Notes: a model not told the origin generated them from the letters alone. Counted from the stretch's first letter, positions 1 through 9,862 are shown. The stretch is 60,666 bases of DNA from a virus (IMGVR_UViG_3300017989_000052), one strand, 5' to 3'. A program made the numbers and translations.

Positions 1-142
1 ATTAGGGTAGCTCCTGGAGAGGGTTACCAAACAATAGAAATTGTATTTGTAATTTCGGGCCAAGAGGTTTTATTCAATCTTTCTCCCGAAGACTTTTTAC
101 CTTGCCTTGAAGACATAAGAGATAGACTCAAAGGAGGAGAAA

Positions 143-319
143 GTGTATCAGGTATCTTACAACATTACACCCAATAATCTTGTGTGCTTTGGAATTATGG
201 TTAAAAACTCGATCATTGTTGAGACCGCCCCGATTGGGAAATGGATGCGGGGGAAAAACATTGAGGGAATAAAGGGATGGGTTAAGAAAAAAGGTGGACA
301 TCTTATAAAGGTATTTTAA
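143..319 (+). CDS. small hypothetical protein (58 aa, GTG start)
   Basis: GGAGGAG RBS at ~133-139; open frame to TAA 317-319; not in ORF track. Confidence 0.5.
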   Translation: MYQVSYNITPNNLVCFGIMVKNSIIVETAPIGKWMRGKNIEGIKGWVKKKGGHLIKVF

Positions 320-320
320 G

Positions 321-665
321 ATGGATTTACGATTACATACCTTATATAGTGTTGGGGTTGAGAGTGAAGATGTATATTTTCCTTTCAACTTTTTCTATTT
401 TCTAGACCTCGATCCCTTTGCAGAGTACAGAAAACATGGGGTTGTGCTTTTTTCTGAAGGAAGCTTTTTTATCTCAGATGCTGTTAAATACTACTACGGC
501 GCCTTGAAAAATCCCTATCCTCATATACCATCGGCGAAGGTAAAGATAAAAGAAGTTCCTCTTGAAACATTACTCACTCACGAAGAACCGGGGTACAGGA
601 AAAAAGGGAAAGAGCTTTTAACTATGAAAAGGTCGCAACGACCCATAATAACTGTTAAAAAATGA
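321..665 (+). CDS. LTH-tag protein (C-terminal tag)
   Basis: PLETLLTHEEPGYRKKGKELL. Confidence 0.75.
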   Translation: MDLRLHTLYSVGVESEDVYFPFNFFYFLDLDPFAEYRKHGVVLFSEGSFFISDAVKYYYGALKNPYPHIPSAKVKIKEVPLETLLTHEEPGYRKKGKELLTMKRSQRPIITVKK

Positions 666-689
666 CATAGAATTTATTTCTCACGGTGT

Positions 690-722
690 TCCTTTGGTTT
701 TCCCCATATTTTAAATATAGGT
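690..722 (+). promoter_or_regulatory. putative phage promoter
   Basis: CATATTTTAAATATAGG; ATATTTTAAATATAGG recurs near 17775-17791. Confidence 0.5.
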
Positions 723-758
723 ACGACCAATGCCCAAACAGCAAGGAAAGAAAGACTC

Positions 759-1373
759 ATGGGAAGCCTATTCTATAACATTGCAACAGCAAACCTTGAA
801 GAAATCAAAGGTCTCCTAAAAGACTGTGGTGGGGAACAAGCCACCAAAGGAAAAATAGATCAAATGATTCAGCAGTTTTCTATCTCAAGAAAACTCATTC
901 AAAAAGGAATAACTGTTGAGCGGCTAACCGAAATAATTGCAGCGTTGCGTTATATTCAAGCTGAAAGCCCTCTTTCGGCGAAAAAGAAAAAGAAGAAAGG
1001 GTCAAAGAGCCCTTATAAGCGTTTGAGGCGGCTTACTATAGAAGAGGTCCTTCCCCACATTGGGCAAGAGGGGAAAGTTGACTTTGAGGGGCATCTCGTT
1101 AAATGTAATTCGCGTAGGCTTGTAATATTCAAGGAATCCCTTGCTTGTACTACTTGCGGCTTAAAAGGGAGTTTCTTTGCTGTGGAGACTTTTAGAAGAG
1201 GCAATCAGCAGACGCCTCATTTGAACCTTTACGCTCTTAATGACAAGGGCAACGAAGTTTTGATGACAATCGATCATATAAAGCCGAAATCTCTGGGGGG
1301 CGGCGACGAGTTTGAAAACCTACAAACCATGTGCGCTCCTTGCAATTCGGCTAAAGGGTCGATTCCAGGGTAA
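759..1373 (+). CDS. HNH endonuclease family protein
   Basis: CTTC ... TIDHIKPKSLGGGDEFENLQTMCAPCNSAKG, a canonical HNH motif. Confidence 0.85.
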   Translation: MGSLFYNIATANLEEIKGLLKDCGGEQATKGKIDQMIQQFSISRKLIQKGITVERLTEIIAALRYIQAESPLSAKKKKKKGSKSPYKRLRRLTIEEVLPHIGQEGKVDFEGHLVKCNSRRLVIFKESLACTTCGLKGSFFAVETFRRGNQQTPHLNLYALNDKGNEVLMTIDHIKPKSLGGGDEFENLQTMCAPCNSAKGSIPG

Positions 1374-1394
1374 CAGCAAGTAAGAGAGACCATC

Positions 1395-1931
1395 ATGGGA
1401 AAATACCATAACCGGCGGAACCTCTGGGCGAATGATAGGGCACTCGTAGCTGCCGTGAAGGCTGGAACAGCTGGCGCTGCCGAAACTTTTGTTGCTCGGT
1501 TTCAATCATTGCTGTTCGCTGCTACACTTCGACAGCCCACCCTCTCAGGCCAAGCAGAGGATCTAGTACAAAAAACCTTTCTAACCGCTTTTGCTTCCTT
1601 AGGAAAGCTGCGGAAGACCACTTCAGTGTGTACGTGGATACTTGGAATCCTACGGAATCACATTCGCGCCACCCGAAAAGGGGGACCCAAGGAAACTGGA
1701 ACAATAGCACGTATACTCTGCAACTTGCCCGACCCACACCGAAGCGTCCTCACATTGCGGTATCTGTGGGGGCTCGGAAATCTGGAGATTTCCCGAGAGG
1801 TGGGGTTGAAGGTTAAAGCAGTTGAGACAATCATACACCGAACCCGAAAGGTATTTGGGCAAACTGCCGAACCAAAGCTCAAGGATCTTTTGGATTCGTT
1901 TCCTACCCTATCAAAGCGGGATATAATTTAA
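1395..1931 (+). CDS. ECF-like RNA polymerase sigma factor (sigma-70 family)
   Basis: Region 2 AEDLVQKTFLTAF...TWILGILRN; region 4 LPDPHRSVLTLRYLWGL..EIS..VG....AVETIIHRTR. Confidence 0.85.
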   Translation: MGKYHNRRNLWANDRALVAAVKAGTAGAAETFVARFQSLLFAATLRQPTLSGQAEDLVQKTFLTAFASLGKLRKTTSVCTWILGILRNHIRATRKGGPKETGTIARILCNLPDPHRSVLTLRYLWGLGNLEISREVGLKVKAVETIIHRTRKVFGQTAEPKLKDLLDSFPTLSKRDII

Positions 1932-1942
1932 AAGAGGCCATC

Positions 1943-2188
1943 ATGGGAAAATACCATTTTAAGGACTTCCCAGAAAAAGGCAAATCGGGATTTATGGTTG
2001 GCACGGCCTTAGAGTGTGCCAAAGCAATTTTTCGGGCAGAAGGGTTTTCAAATGGCGCAGTCAGGCAATTAGAAGGCCCATATAATGAAATATTAGGTAC
2101 TTGGGTGTTTGGGTACTATGAGGAAAAACACCCCCGAGCTAATAAACTAACTAAAGTTGGTAGCGATTTGGTAATTACGTTTGATTAG
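1943..2188 (+). CDS. hypothetical protein
   Basis: ORF with RBS; 5' end shares 20 bp with the sigma gene start. Confidence 0.6.
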   Translation: MGKYHFKDFPEKGKSGFMVGTALECAKAIFRAEGFSNGAVRQLEGPYNEILGTWVFGYYEEKHPRANKLTKVGSDLVITFD

Positions 2189-2205
2189 CCCCAGGAGCAA
2201 AACAA

Positions 2206-3207
2206 ATGGCATCACAAAATTCAAGTTCCGACCGTTGGGAAAAGGATATTGCAGCAGCAGAGGAACTCAAAGTTGCAACCGAGCTCGCAGAAGAAATGCG
2301 AAGGAATAACGTCAACACCTATGCTGAGCTAGTAATTGCGCGAGCGAAGGGGATAGAGGAGAAACCTTCTATACCAACAGGCCCAATTGCTATCAGCCAA
2401 TGCGATCACCACGCTTATGGGTGCCCTTATTGTGGGTACCGCTCTGGTAGTTGTTCTATTTCAGGCGGTGGTGTCGGCGCTTGGAGCTGTGGCGAATGCC
2501 AAAAAACAAGCTTTATTCTAGCTGCGGGGTTAACCGTATCCCCGATGGGTATCGGAGGAAAAGACCAAGAAACAATTTATCCCAAGCTTCAAAAACACCC
2601 ACGCAAAGGTATTCCGAAGCATGGGAAGCCTGACAAACGCCCCGAAAATGGTGGCGAGTTCTTTTATTCCCGTGGGGTTGGCGTCGACTCGTTCCCCGGG
2701 TGTTTTGTTTGTGGGGAAGAAACCTTCGGCTCAAATATCGCAGCATTTGTTCAATGCAAAGCAGCGGGGGAACGAGTCGTTGAGATGTTTGATGGCCACT
2801 GTCGCCTCGACTATCGAGAGTACTCCCCAGACCGGGTACAAGTAAAACTTGGTTGCTGCAAAAAACATCTCTGCGCCTTGGAGTACCTCGCCCAACTCGT
2901 GCGCGATCATATCCTCACAGTCGAAAAGATTGAGGAAGCAAAGAAGTATAATAGTAGGGCCCACAGAATCTACGGGATACTTTATCAAGCTGTTTCTAAA
3001 ATTATACGGCCTGATAAAGAAGAGGATGATGGGGTAGAAAGAGAAGAGTATTTCCCCGAAGAAGAAGTTTTCCGTTTAATTGATGCGGGGGAAATCACAA
3101 TTGATCGAATCTCTAAAGACTTTGCAGAGATTCTAGGCCGGAAGTATAATGACTGGCTACGGCACGAGCACTGGAAGAAAGAAAGAGATGAAAAAAGGAA
3201 AACATAA
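2206..3207 (+). CDS. Cys-rich (Zn-binding) hypothetical protein
   Basis: CPYC, CGEC, CFVC, CCKKH motifs; GGAG RBS. Confidence 0.7.
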   Translation: MASQNSSSDRWEKDIAAAEELKVATELAEEMRRNNVNTYAELVIARAKGIEEKPSIPTGPIAISQCDHHAYGCPYCGYRSGSCSISGGGVGAWSCGECQKTSFILAAGLTVSPMGIGGKDQETIYPKLQKHPRKGIPKHGKPDKRPENGGEFFYSRGVGVDSFPGCFVCGEETFGSNIAAFVQCKAAGERVVEMFDGHCRLDYREYSPDRVQVKLGCCKKHLCALEYLAQLVRDHILTVEKIEEAKKYNSRAHRIYGILYQAVSKIIRPDKEEDDGVEREEYFPEEEVFRLIDAGEITIDRISKDFAEILGRKYNDWLRHEHWKKERDEKRKT

Positions 3208-3584
3208 TGGAAGACTGGAAATACCGAAAAGCTGATTTACATGAATTTTCGAGAAGGAATATAGTTAGAAAACTGCTAGAGTCCTTCTTCTATGATTCTA
3301 CCCTAGAAATGGGGGATATCTATTCCTCCATTCAAGATTTTCCACAAGAGGAGGAAGTAGCCCTAGAAACTTGGGTACAGTTTATTGGAATTCGGGCACA
3401 CGCCTTTGTCGAGGCACTTTCGGCTTTCAGAACACTTGGATGCCACGTAAAGGAACAGCCGGAAAAAGTAATGAAAATTCTTATGGCGTTGACCTCCAAA
3501 AACTATCCGGAGCTGAAAACAAATAAAATCCCGGAAAAGGTCATTGATGAAATCCTAGAGCTTCTTATTGAGCCAGAACCCTAA
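3207..3584 (+). CDS. hypothetical protein
   Basis: Translationally coupled ORF. Confidence 0.6.
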   Translation: MEDWKYRKADLHEFSRRNIVRKLLESFFYDSTLEMGDIYSSIQDFPQEEEVALETWVQFIGIRAHAFVEALSAFRTLGCHVKEQPEKVMKILMALTSKNYPELKTNKIPEKVIDEILELLIEPEP

Positions 3585-3676
3585 CCTTATTTCTTTCATT
3601 GTACAAGGCGATTTCATTATATAAAGGTTACCTACCGGAAAGGCTTAGGTTCTTAAAACTCCAAAAGGGAAAAACC

Positions 3677-3970
3677 ATGGCAAACGTCAAGCAAGTACAC
3701 CTTACAGCTCGCGTCCCTTATAATATCTCCGAATACAAGGAGATGCAACCCTTCTTGGCTCAATTTTCTGGTCCGGCCTTCGGGTTACGAATCAATTATT
3801 CGCCTGGGGGAAGCCAGGAAAATGAAAACGGAGGCAAAACATCGTTTTTTTTCGCTGAGATTTCTGGGGCAGAAGCCGTCTCCTACAAATGGGTGGATGC
3901 TCTCAAAGAAGCAATTGAGGCTTCTGGGGGTCAAGTGATTTCTGACCATATGGTTGACCTTGAGGCTTAG
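3677..3970 (+). CDS. hypothetical protein
   Basis: Start moved to ATG 3677 (MANVKQ) after AAGGGA. Confidence 0.65.
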   Translation: MANVKQVHLTARVPYNISEYKEMQPFLAQFSGPAFGLRINYSPGGSQENENGGKTSFFFAEISGAEAVSYKWVDALKEAIEASGGQVISDHMVDLEA

Positions 3971-3997
3971 CCATCCTTCTGAATAAAAGAGGATATA

Positions 3998-4675
3998 ATG
4001 AAAATTGGTTTTGTGGGCGACACCCACGGCAACTGGCTTGATCTCTACCGAGCAATGGACTTGCTTTCATCTGTCGGGGTTGAGAGAATCGTCCAAGTTG
4101 GAGATTTTGGTTTTTGGAAACAGAATCTAAGGTCTCTTAAACTTGAGATTCCTGTTTATTTTATTGATGGGAACCACGAGGAGTTTCCACTTTTACTAGA
4201 TAGGGTAAGTTCTAATAGGCTAACCCCACAAGAAGTTTTAGGAAATCTCTTTTATATCCCTCGCGGGACTGTTTTGAATTGGGGAGATACTATTTTCGGA
4301 TTCCTGGGGGGAGGCTTTTCAGTCGACTATAAACTTCGGAAAGATGGAGTTTCCTGGTTTTCAAAGGAAGAAACCCCAAAAGAGGAAGAAGCCCGAAAAC
4401 TAATTAACCACCAAGCCGAATTTATCGTAACGCACGATGCTCCTTCTGAGGCGGTTGCTTATATGCCAAAACCTCTTCGGCATACCGATACAAGGGATAC
4501 CCAGTGTAGAATGATTCTTCAAGGAATCTTGAATGAGGCCAAACCAGCACACTGGGTACATGGGCATTACCATATGCGGTATTCAACAAGAATCCAGGAT
4601 TGTAAAATTGTGGGGCTAGATTGTGCCCCGGATATAGTCGTTTTTGATACGAACGAAAAAAGATTCCTTTATTGA
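3998..4675 (+). CDS. calcineurin-like metallophosphoesterase
   Basis: GDTHG, VGDFG, GNHE, THD, GHYH motifs. Confidence 0.9.
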   Translation: MKIGFVGDTHGNWLDLYRAMDLLSSVGVERIVQVGDFGFWKQNLRSLKLEIPVYFIDGNHEEFPLLLDRVSSNRLTPQEVLGNLFYIPRGTVLNWGDTIFGFLGGGFSVDYKLRKDGVSWFSKEETPKEEEARKLINHQAEFIVTHDAPSEAVAYMPKPLRHTDTRDTQCRMILQGILNEAKPAHWVHGHYHMRYSTRIQDCKIVGLDCAPDIVVFDTNEKRFLY

Positions 4676-5022
4676 CGATGAAGTATTATCTATTCGATCT
4701 CCATCGGCAGTCCTCAGGGAATGTTTTCGAGCGCTATTACTGCTGCTTTGAGGGAGGCCGTCTCCTCTGGGTCTTTTCAAGGCTCTTTAAAAGTTTTATG
4801 AGCACCGACCCCGCTGTTTTTAGATTCTTCCAAGAAGTTATTGGGCGAGGCGGAGAATATCTTCTTTGCGAAGATAATGAAGGCGGCGCTTTTTTCTATA
4901 CGGCGAAAGAAACCATTCCAGAACTTTTTCTAGAAGAGTCGGAAATTCCATTCGGTGTGTTATTCACAATTGCTAACGAAAAAATTCGTTACTGGGCAAA
5001 AGCTTACGCAAAAAACAAATGA
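4672..5022 (+). CDS. LTH-tag protein (degenerate C-terminal tag)
   Basis: IPFGVLFTIANEKIRYWAKAYA. Confidence 0.65.
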   Translation: MTMKYYLFDLHRQSSGNVFERYYCCFEGGRLLWVFSRLFKSFMSTDPAVFRFFQEVIGRGGEYLLCEDNEGGAFFYTAKETIPELFLEESEIPFGVLFTIANEKIRYWAKAYAKNK

Positions 5023-5504
5023 GCCTTTGGTATCACGGGACAGGCTTCGGCAATGAGATCCGGGAATCTGGGACCTTTAAGGTTTCGGGTTCTGGTGGGG
5101 GTAATAGAGGGCTTAGAGGGGCGTGGTTCACCCAAGACAAGTCTTACGCAAAAGTATACGCTAATGCGTTGCGGGAAAAAAGCGGCGATCCGGAAATACT
5201 AGTGGTTGAAATCGCTGACGACTTAAAGCTGATGGATTTCCGAGAAGCGGAGGCATCCGTCACGGGACACATGGAACTATTGGCGGCACAATGGATGCTT
5301 GTTGGGGTTGACATTTACGACGCTGAAGTTTTTGGCCCGATTCGAGCAACACAACCTTTTGCTTTAACAAAGGTACTCGTCAAAAAAAGGTATCACGGGG
5401 CAATTATTCCAAATACGGTAGAAAAAGGCGATGATGCTTCGCCAGAATTAGTTATATTCAACCCACAAAATATTAATATTATCGGGAGCGAATCAATAGA
5501 CTAA
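5019..5504 (+). CDS. ADP-ribosyltransferase-like protein (H-Y-E type fold)
   Basis: WYHGT ... GAWFTQDKSYAKVYA ... ELVIFNP. Confidence 0.6.
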   Translation: MSLWYHGTGFGNEIRESGTFKVSGSGGGNRGLRGAWFTQDKSYAKVYANALREKSGDPEILVVEIADDLKLMDFREAEASVTGHMELLAAQWMLVGVDIYDAEVFGPIRATQPFALTKVLVKKRYHGAIIPNTVEKGDDASPELVIFNPQNINIIGSESID

Positions 5505-5514
5505 ATAACCTACG

Positions 5515-5548
5515 TTTTACTAGGGGATACCCTTATATAATAGGTAGG
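5515..5548 (+). promoter_or_regulatory. putative phage promoter
   Basis: TTTACTAGGGGATACCCTTATATAATAGG. Confidence 0.5.
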
Positions 5549-5633
5549 CAAGGGTGGCCTACCAGGAGTAGGCAGCGATTATTTCAGTCCTAATTTCCAG
5601 GGAGGAAACGGACATTGGGTAGAGGCTAGTTTT

Positions 5634-6023
5634 ATGAATATTTCCACTAACCAACCAAAACTTATCATGACCTGGTGGGTCCAACCATCCCTCGTTGCTG
5701 AGGCTTTTGGTTATAGGGGGCCACTTCCTCTCCGCGATTGGGTCAGTATCAAAAAATGGCCGTGGGGAGAAATGGGGTATAAGCACGAAGACGGCATTAA
5801 ATTTATAACGGATCTCACAAAAATCGCCCTCAGAGAGGTTCTCACAATTGTTGCTGATTTTCATCGGCAGCATGGGATACCCTATACTTTTTCAAGTCCT
5901 GGTCTCGCGGGTCAACCCTATTTCGAAGCCCAGGCTTCGGACAACCAGGATATTAAGATTCTGTGCGAGGGTACTCCCCTTCGCCGGAATAAAGTTTTTG
6001 GTATTGTGTACGAACTCGTGTAG
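5634..6023 (+). CDS. hypothetical protein
   Basis: ORF downstream of promoter. Confidence 0.6.
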   Translation: MNISTNQPKLIMTWWVQPSLVAEAFGYRGPLPLRDWVSIKKWPWGEMGYKHEDGIKFITDLTKIALREVLTIVADFHRQHGIPYTFSSPGLAGQPYFEAQASDNQDIKILCEGTPLRRNKVFGIVYELV

Positions 6024-6032
6024 GAGGGTATT

Positions 6033-6257
6033 ATGCGTGGCCGTCCTATTAGCTTTCAACGACGACGGGGACTTCCGCTGGCTTCCAAGTCGGATGTTTC
6101 CCCTGTTGCAGCACCTAAGAAAAAAATTCTGAGTCCGAAAGAGCTATCGAAAGAGATGCTCATTTCCTGGGCACGGCTCCAAATCAAAGCGATTGATGAC
6201 TGGTATCGCAGTAACGGGCAGTTTTACGACGGCCCCGTTTTTGAAAAGGAGGCTTAA
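6033..6257 (+). CDS. hypothetical protein
   Basis: AGGAGG RBS. Confidence 0.6.
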   Translation: MRGRPISFQRRRGLPLASKSDVSPVAAPKKKILSPKELSKEMLISWARLQIKAIDDWYRSNGQFYDGPVFEKEA

Positions 6258-6325
6258 ACATAGGGGGTTTAACTAACGTGGATAGGTTCTAGGTTACGAC
6301 ACACAAACCGAAGGAGAAGGTACAT

Positions 6326-6910
6326 ATGAAAAACTTCCCGAAGACTTTCCAGCATGGCATACTCTTTACTGGGATTTTTATCATTCTGCTTCTCTGTATC
6401 CTATTTTCCCTTGGGATAGGAACCGTAACCCCCAAACCCGACCATTTAATTGTAGTCGATTTTGATGATAATGACTATTTCGACCGAACTATCACGTTTG
6501 GGAACTCCCAATTTGCCCCTTTCGCCAAAACGGTTGATCTTGGAAAAATTTTCCCTCTCTTTAATAAGAGGGAGATAGAGGTTCTGGCAATGACTAAGGA
6601 CGGCGTAACGCTTGAGATCGAGATTCTCTTTTATTGGGGTTTCAAGGTAGATCAGGCGCATGAACTAGTCAATCGGGTTGGCACGGATATAAACGAGTGG
6701 GCACGCCTCCACGTCGATCGCCCCCTAACACAAAATATACAGGTGGTTGCTTCCAACCTCACCCTTCGTGAAATAGTTACTGACCGGGCACAGGTTCTTC
6801 AAACAATTGGGCACGCCCAATGTTCCGATCCTCGATTTTCGCTTACAGCGGTACGGGCGCTTAATATTGGAGGGTATACTGAAGAGGACATAGCAAATAC
6901 AAGTGATTAG
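6326..6910 (+). CDS. SPFH/band-7-like membrane protein
   Basis: N-terminal TM helix; TKDGVTLEIEI ... IQVVASNLTLREIVTDRAQV resembles band-7. Confidence 0.55.
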   Translation: MKNFPKTFQHGILFTGIFIILLLCILFSLGIGTVTPKPDHLIVVDFDDNDYFDRTITFGNSQFAPFAKTVDLGKIFPLFNKREIEVLAMTKDGVTLEIEILFYWGFKVDQAHELVNRVGTDINEWARLHVDRPLTQNIQVVASNLTLREIVTDRAQVLQTIGHAQCSDPRFSLTAVRALNIGGYTEEDIANTSD

Positions 6911-6935
6911 TGTCCCATAACAACGGGAGAGGAAA

Positions 6936-7238
6936 ATGCAAATCGACCTTCTTATGCTCTACCTAGCAAAGTATGAAGGGGTAGCGCGCTTACCCAAACC
7001 CCATCTTGACCCCTTGGTCGACTTGCAGTATGCTATAGGGATTGAGGATATCGACGACGACGGCCAAGCCGTCTATGTCTATAAAATCACGGGGCATGGG
7101 GTTGCCTTCCTGGCTGCGGTTCTTCGGCGTTACCCACAATTCATAGTGGAAGAATGCTTTCAAGTTGACCTAGCAAAAATTGAGCCTGGAGAAACCCCGA
7201 AACGTCGAATCAAGATAGATCCCGATCTCCTATTATAA
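6936..7238 (+). CDS. hypothetical protein
   Basis: GAGG RBS. Confidence 0.6.
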   Translation: MQIDLLMLYLAKYEGVARLPKPHLDPLVDLQYAIGIEDIDDDGQAVYVYKITGHGVAFLAAVLRRYPQFIVEECFQVDLAKIEPGETPKRRIKIDPDLLL

Positions 7239-7367
7239 TTTTCTGGAAGGCAAAGAGATGACATTTAAAAAATTCTGTGCATTCGTTTCCTTTGGTTCCC
7301 TTATTGTTGGTTTAAGTTTCTTCCTCCTCCTTTGTCTCCTGAACTCCTGTTCCTAGGAGGGGATTCT

Positions 7368-7685
7368 ATGGTAGAATCGATGGAAAACCCGGCAGGAAAA
7401 CTTTTCAGTTACAGGCATAGGTATGCCCATCGTTTGAGTTTCACACCGCATGGGAATGTTTGTTATTGGATCTTTTTTCATGAAACTTATGAAGAGGTTC
7501 TCGTAAGACACAGCGAAGCCTTTGAAGTGAAAACCTATAGGTCTAGTAAATGGAGAGAACGCTTTAAACAGGATAGGAATGATTTTCATGAAATTTGTAT
7601 ACCAGAACAACTAACAAATGGTGAGTTTCAACGGGGACCTAAACAGATTATTCGAAGATGGCTAGTTAATCTTTTAAACAAATGA
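7368..7685 (+). CDS. hypothetical protein (possible degenerate LTH tag)
   Basis: AGGAGG RBS before ATG 7368; PEQLTNGE near C-terminus. Confidence 0.6.
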   Translation: MVESMENPAGKLFSYRHRYAHRLSFTPHGNVCYWIFFHETYEEVLVRHSEAFEVKTYRSSKWRERFKQDRNDFHEICIPEQLTNGEFQRGPKQIIRRWLVNLLNK

Positions 7686-7993
7686 AGTACCTCTATACCT
7701 TTTACAAGGCAACCTTCTTATCCTCGGATGAAATAGTCTTTGTCCTGGTGGAAAATTCGAAAGGGCAGTTGTGCAGCTATTGTGCCGAGGTAGATTCTTC
7801 CCCACTAAATTTTCGGGTTGAGGGAACAGTGGAGGAATGGCTTGGCGGGCTTGTTTCATATTATGAGTTAGGAGCAGACCCCTGCGGTTATACCTATCAA
7901 AAGCTACACCCAGAACCTTTCTTGACCCATACGAACCGGACTGTTCGGAATGCCGCAAAGATAGCGACTAAAAATGAAGCTACTGAAACTTAA
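7682..7993 (+). CDS. LTH-tag protein (WxxG..TGxD subfamily)
   Basis: HPEPFLTHTNRTVRNAAKIA. Confidence 0.75.
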   Translation: MKYLYTFYKATFLSSDEIVFVLVENSKGQLCSYCAEVDSSPLNFRVEGTVEEWLGGLVSYYELGADPCGYTYQKLHPEPFLTHTNRTVRNAAKIATKNEATET

Positions 7994-8432
7994 CAATCTC
8001 CCCAAAAAGCCTAAGATGCTTCTTGGCATAGAATACGAAGATCAATATTTTATCTTGGAACATTGGGACCATAAGGATCTTTATTTCTTTGCACATCTCG
8101 ATAAGCAAGACCTGTTACGCTGGAAAGACGGGGAAATTTCCGAGAAAGACTTGGTTTCGGTTCGAGGCCGTAAACAGGTTCCAGGTTTTATAAAGATTTT
8201 CAAGCAACTTATTCTTAAAGAAATCTCTGGGAAAGAATTTCTAACCCACGATTCCCCTGTTGTTCGTCATATTGCTAGGGCATACCTTGAAAAAGATTTT
8301 GATTGGATCTATATATTTAAGCAGCTAGTGAACCTAACAGGGAAGAAGAGGATTGGCAAGAAAATGTTTCAAGACTTAAGCCGGAGACCAAGATATCAAA
8401 AAGGGAAATCTTTAAGGGTATGGCATGTCTAG
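7974..8432 (+). CDS. LTH-tag protein (internal tag)
   Basis: GKEFLTHDSPVVRHIARAYL. Confidence 0.75.
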   Translation: MKLLKLNNLPKKPKMLLGIEYEDQYFILEHWDHKDLYFFAHLDKQDLLRWKDGEISEKDLVSVRGRKQVPGFIKIFKQLILKEISGKEFLTHDSPVVRHIARAYLEKDFDWIYIFKQLVNLTGKKRIGKKMFQDLSRRPRYQKGKSLRVWHV

Positions 8433-8799
8433 AATACATATACTTTACGTTGCCGCTTCAAACGACTGTATCCTGGGGATTGAAAAACCAAAAATCGGGG
8501 AAGGCGTCGCAGCACTATTAACAGTCTTCGAGTCCCATTACGATGATCTTAGATTTAGAATCGCCGAAATCGCCCTAAAACACTTCGATTTAGACCCAGG
8601 GGTAGTAAATACCACCCAATTTAGACTAAGTCTCCCTGATGGAAAATTAGCAGGGAATTATACCCTATCTTTTTGGATTGCGGAAACAGAAGAGGAGCTG
8701 ATAAAAAAGGATAGCAGACTTCTCCAAACCAAAAAGCTAGAATCCTACTTAACATCTCAGCACCCGGGAATTCGAATCCTAGCGAAGGCCTACCTCTAA
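8425..8799 (+). CDS. LTH-tag protein (C-terminal tag)
   Basis: KLESYLTSQHPGIRILAKAYL*. Confidence 0.8.
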   Translation: MSRIHILYVAASNDCILGIEKPKIGEGVAALLTVFESHYDDLRFRIAEIALKHFDLDPGVVNTTQFRLSLPDGKLAGNYTLSFWIAETEEELIKKDSRLLQTKKLESYLTSQHPGIRILAKAYL

Positions 8800-9113
8800 T
8801 GTTTAAACACTTGAAAACCGGGGTCCCATATAAGTTTACTGCTACAACAAACAAAGGGACTAAAACGGGGTTATTCGTTTTTGATAAACATGGGGAACTA
8901 AAAATCTGTGGTAGGTGTAGTTATATAGAAACAATAGGCAAAGAGTCTTCCTCAACATGGGCACAACTTATCGAAGGGTACTTCGAAGAAAATGAAGGGG
9001 ATTTAGTAATTAAGTGCTTCTCCTATACCTTTTCTCGGGTATCAATAGAAGAACTTTTAACTGATGAAAATCTTCATGTAAGAGCTTGGGCGAAGGAACA
9101 GGCAGCTAAATGA
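8799..9113 (+). CDS. LTH-tag protein (C-terminal tag)
   Basis: SIEELLTDENLHVRAWAKEQA. Confidence 0.8.
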   Translation: MFKHLKTGVPYKFTATTNKGTKTGLFVFDKHGELKICGRCSYIETIGKESSSTWAQLIEGYFEENEGDLVIKCFSYTFSRVSIEELLTDENLHVRAWAKEQAAK

Positions 9114-9649
9114 GCCAGCTTATTATCATCTCCGGTCCGTCGGGTGTTGGCAAAACAACAATTTGCAAAGCGTTATGTTTAGAAGAAGGCTTTGTTGAAT
9201 CCGTTTCAACAACAACCCGGCCGAAGCGGTCAACAGAAGAGTATGGAAAAGATTACTATTTTATCTCCGAAAAAAGTTTCGATGGCCTTGTAAATCATAA
9301 TGCTTTTCTTGAGTGGCAGCAATTCGCGGGGTTCCGTTATGGGACAACGAAAACAGAATTGGATGAGAAATTAAGAAAAAACAATTTCATTTTTGTAGTG
9401 GTAGAACAAGAAGGCGCGGCTAATATTAGAAAAACTTATCCTAATGCGATATCTATTTTTATAGCCCCTCCGAACAAGGAAGAGTTAATACGGAGGTTAT
9501 CAGGCCGAGGAGATACTCCGGACTTAAAAGAAAGATTAGCTTTAGTTAAGCAGACTTTAGAGCTCGCTAAATGTCACGATCATATTATAGAAGCACACTC
9601 GGTAGAAGATTGTATCGCTGAAATTAAAAATATTCTAGGACTTTCCTAG
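9110..9649 (+). CDS. gmk: guanylate kinase
   Basis: P-loop SGPSGVGKTT, SVSTTTRPKR, GKDYYFIS, FLEW, YGT, IFIAPP. Confidence 0.93.
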   Translation: MSQLIIISGPSGVGKTTICKALCLEEGFVESVSTTTRPKRSTEEYGKDYYFISEKSFDGLVNHNAFLEWQQFAGFRYGTTKTELDEKLRKNNFIFVVVEQEGAANIRKTYPNAISIFIAPPNKEELIRRLSGRGDTPDLKERLALVKQTLELAKCHDHIIEAHSVEDCIAEIKNILGLS

Positions 9650-9678
9650 TACAAAAAAATATCATAATATATAAGTTA
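9645..9678 (+). promoter_or_regulatory. putative phage promoter
   Basis: GTACAAAAAAATATCATAATATATAAG (CATAATATA core). Confidence 0.5.
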
Positions 9679-9727
9679 CCTTTGGGCGCAAAAAACGCGC
9701 CTTTTCACCGCAGAGGAGACCAAACCG

Positions 9728-9862
9728 ATGGCAGGACCTTCAAAAGGCAGCGGCAGTAGTCTTGGAAAAAACCGGAAACACGACCAGGACAAAAACAGGC
9801 GGGCGCGGAAGGCCCGGAAAATCCAGAAGAGGAACGGGAACGGAAAACCCCCGAAAAAATAA
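9728..9862 (+). CDS. small highly basic protein (44 aa)
   Basis: GAGGAG RBS; MAGPSKGSGSSLGKNRKHDQDKNRRARKARKIQKRNGNGKPPKK*. Confidence 0.65.
   Translation: MAGPSKGSGSSLGKNRKHDQDKNRRARKARKIQKRNGNGKPPKK

Noticed and set aside
7368-7685. Counting this ORF as LTH-tagged
   Set aside because: PEQLTNGEFQRG lacks the R-xx-AK spacing, so it was excluded from the count.
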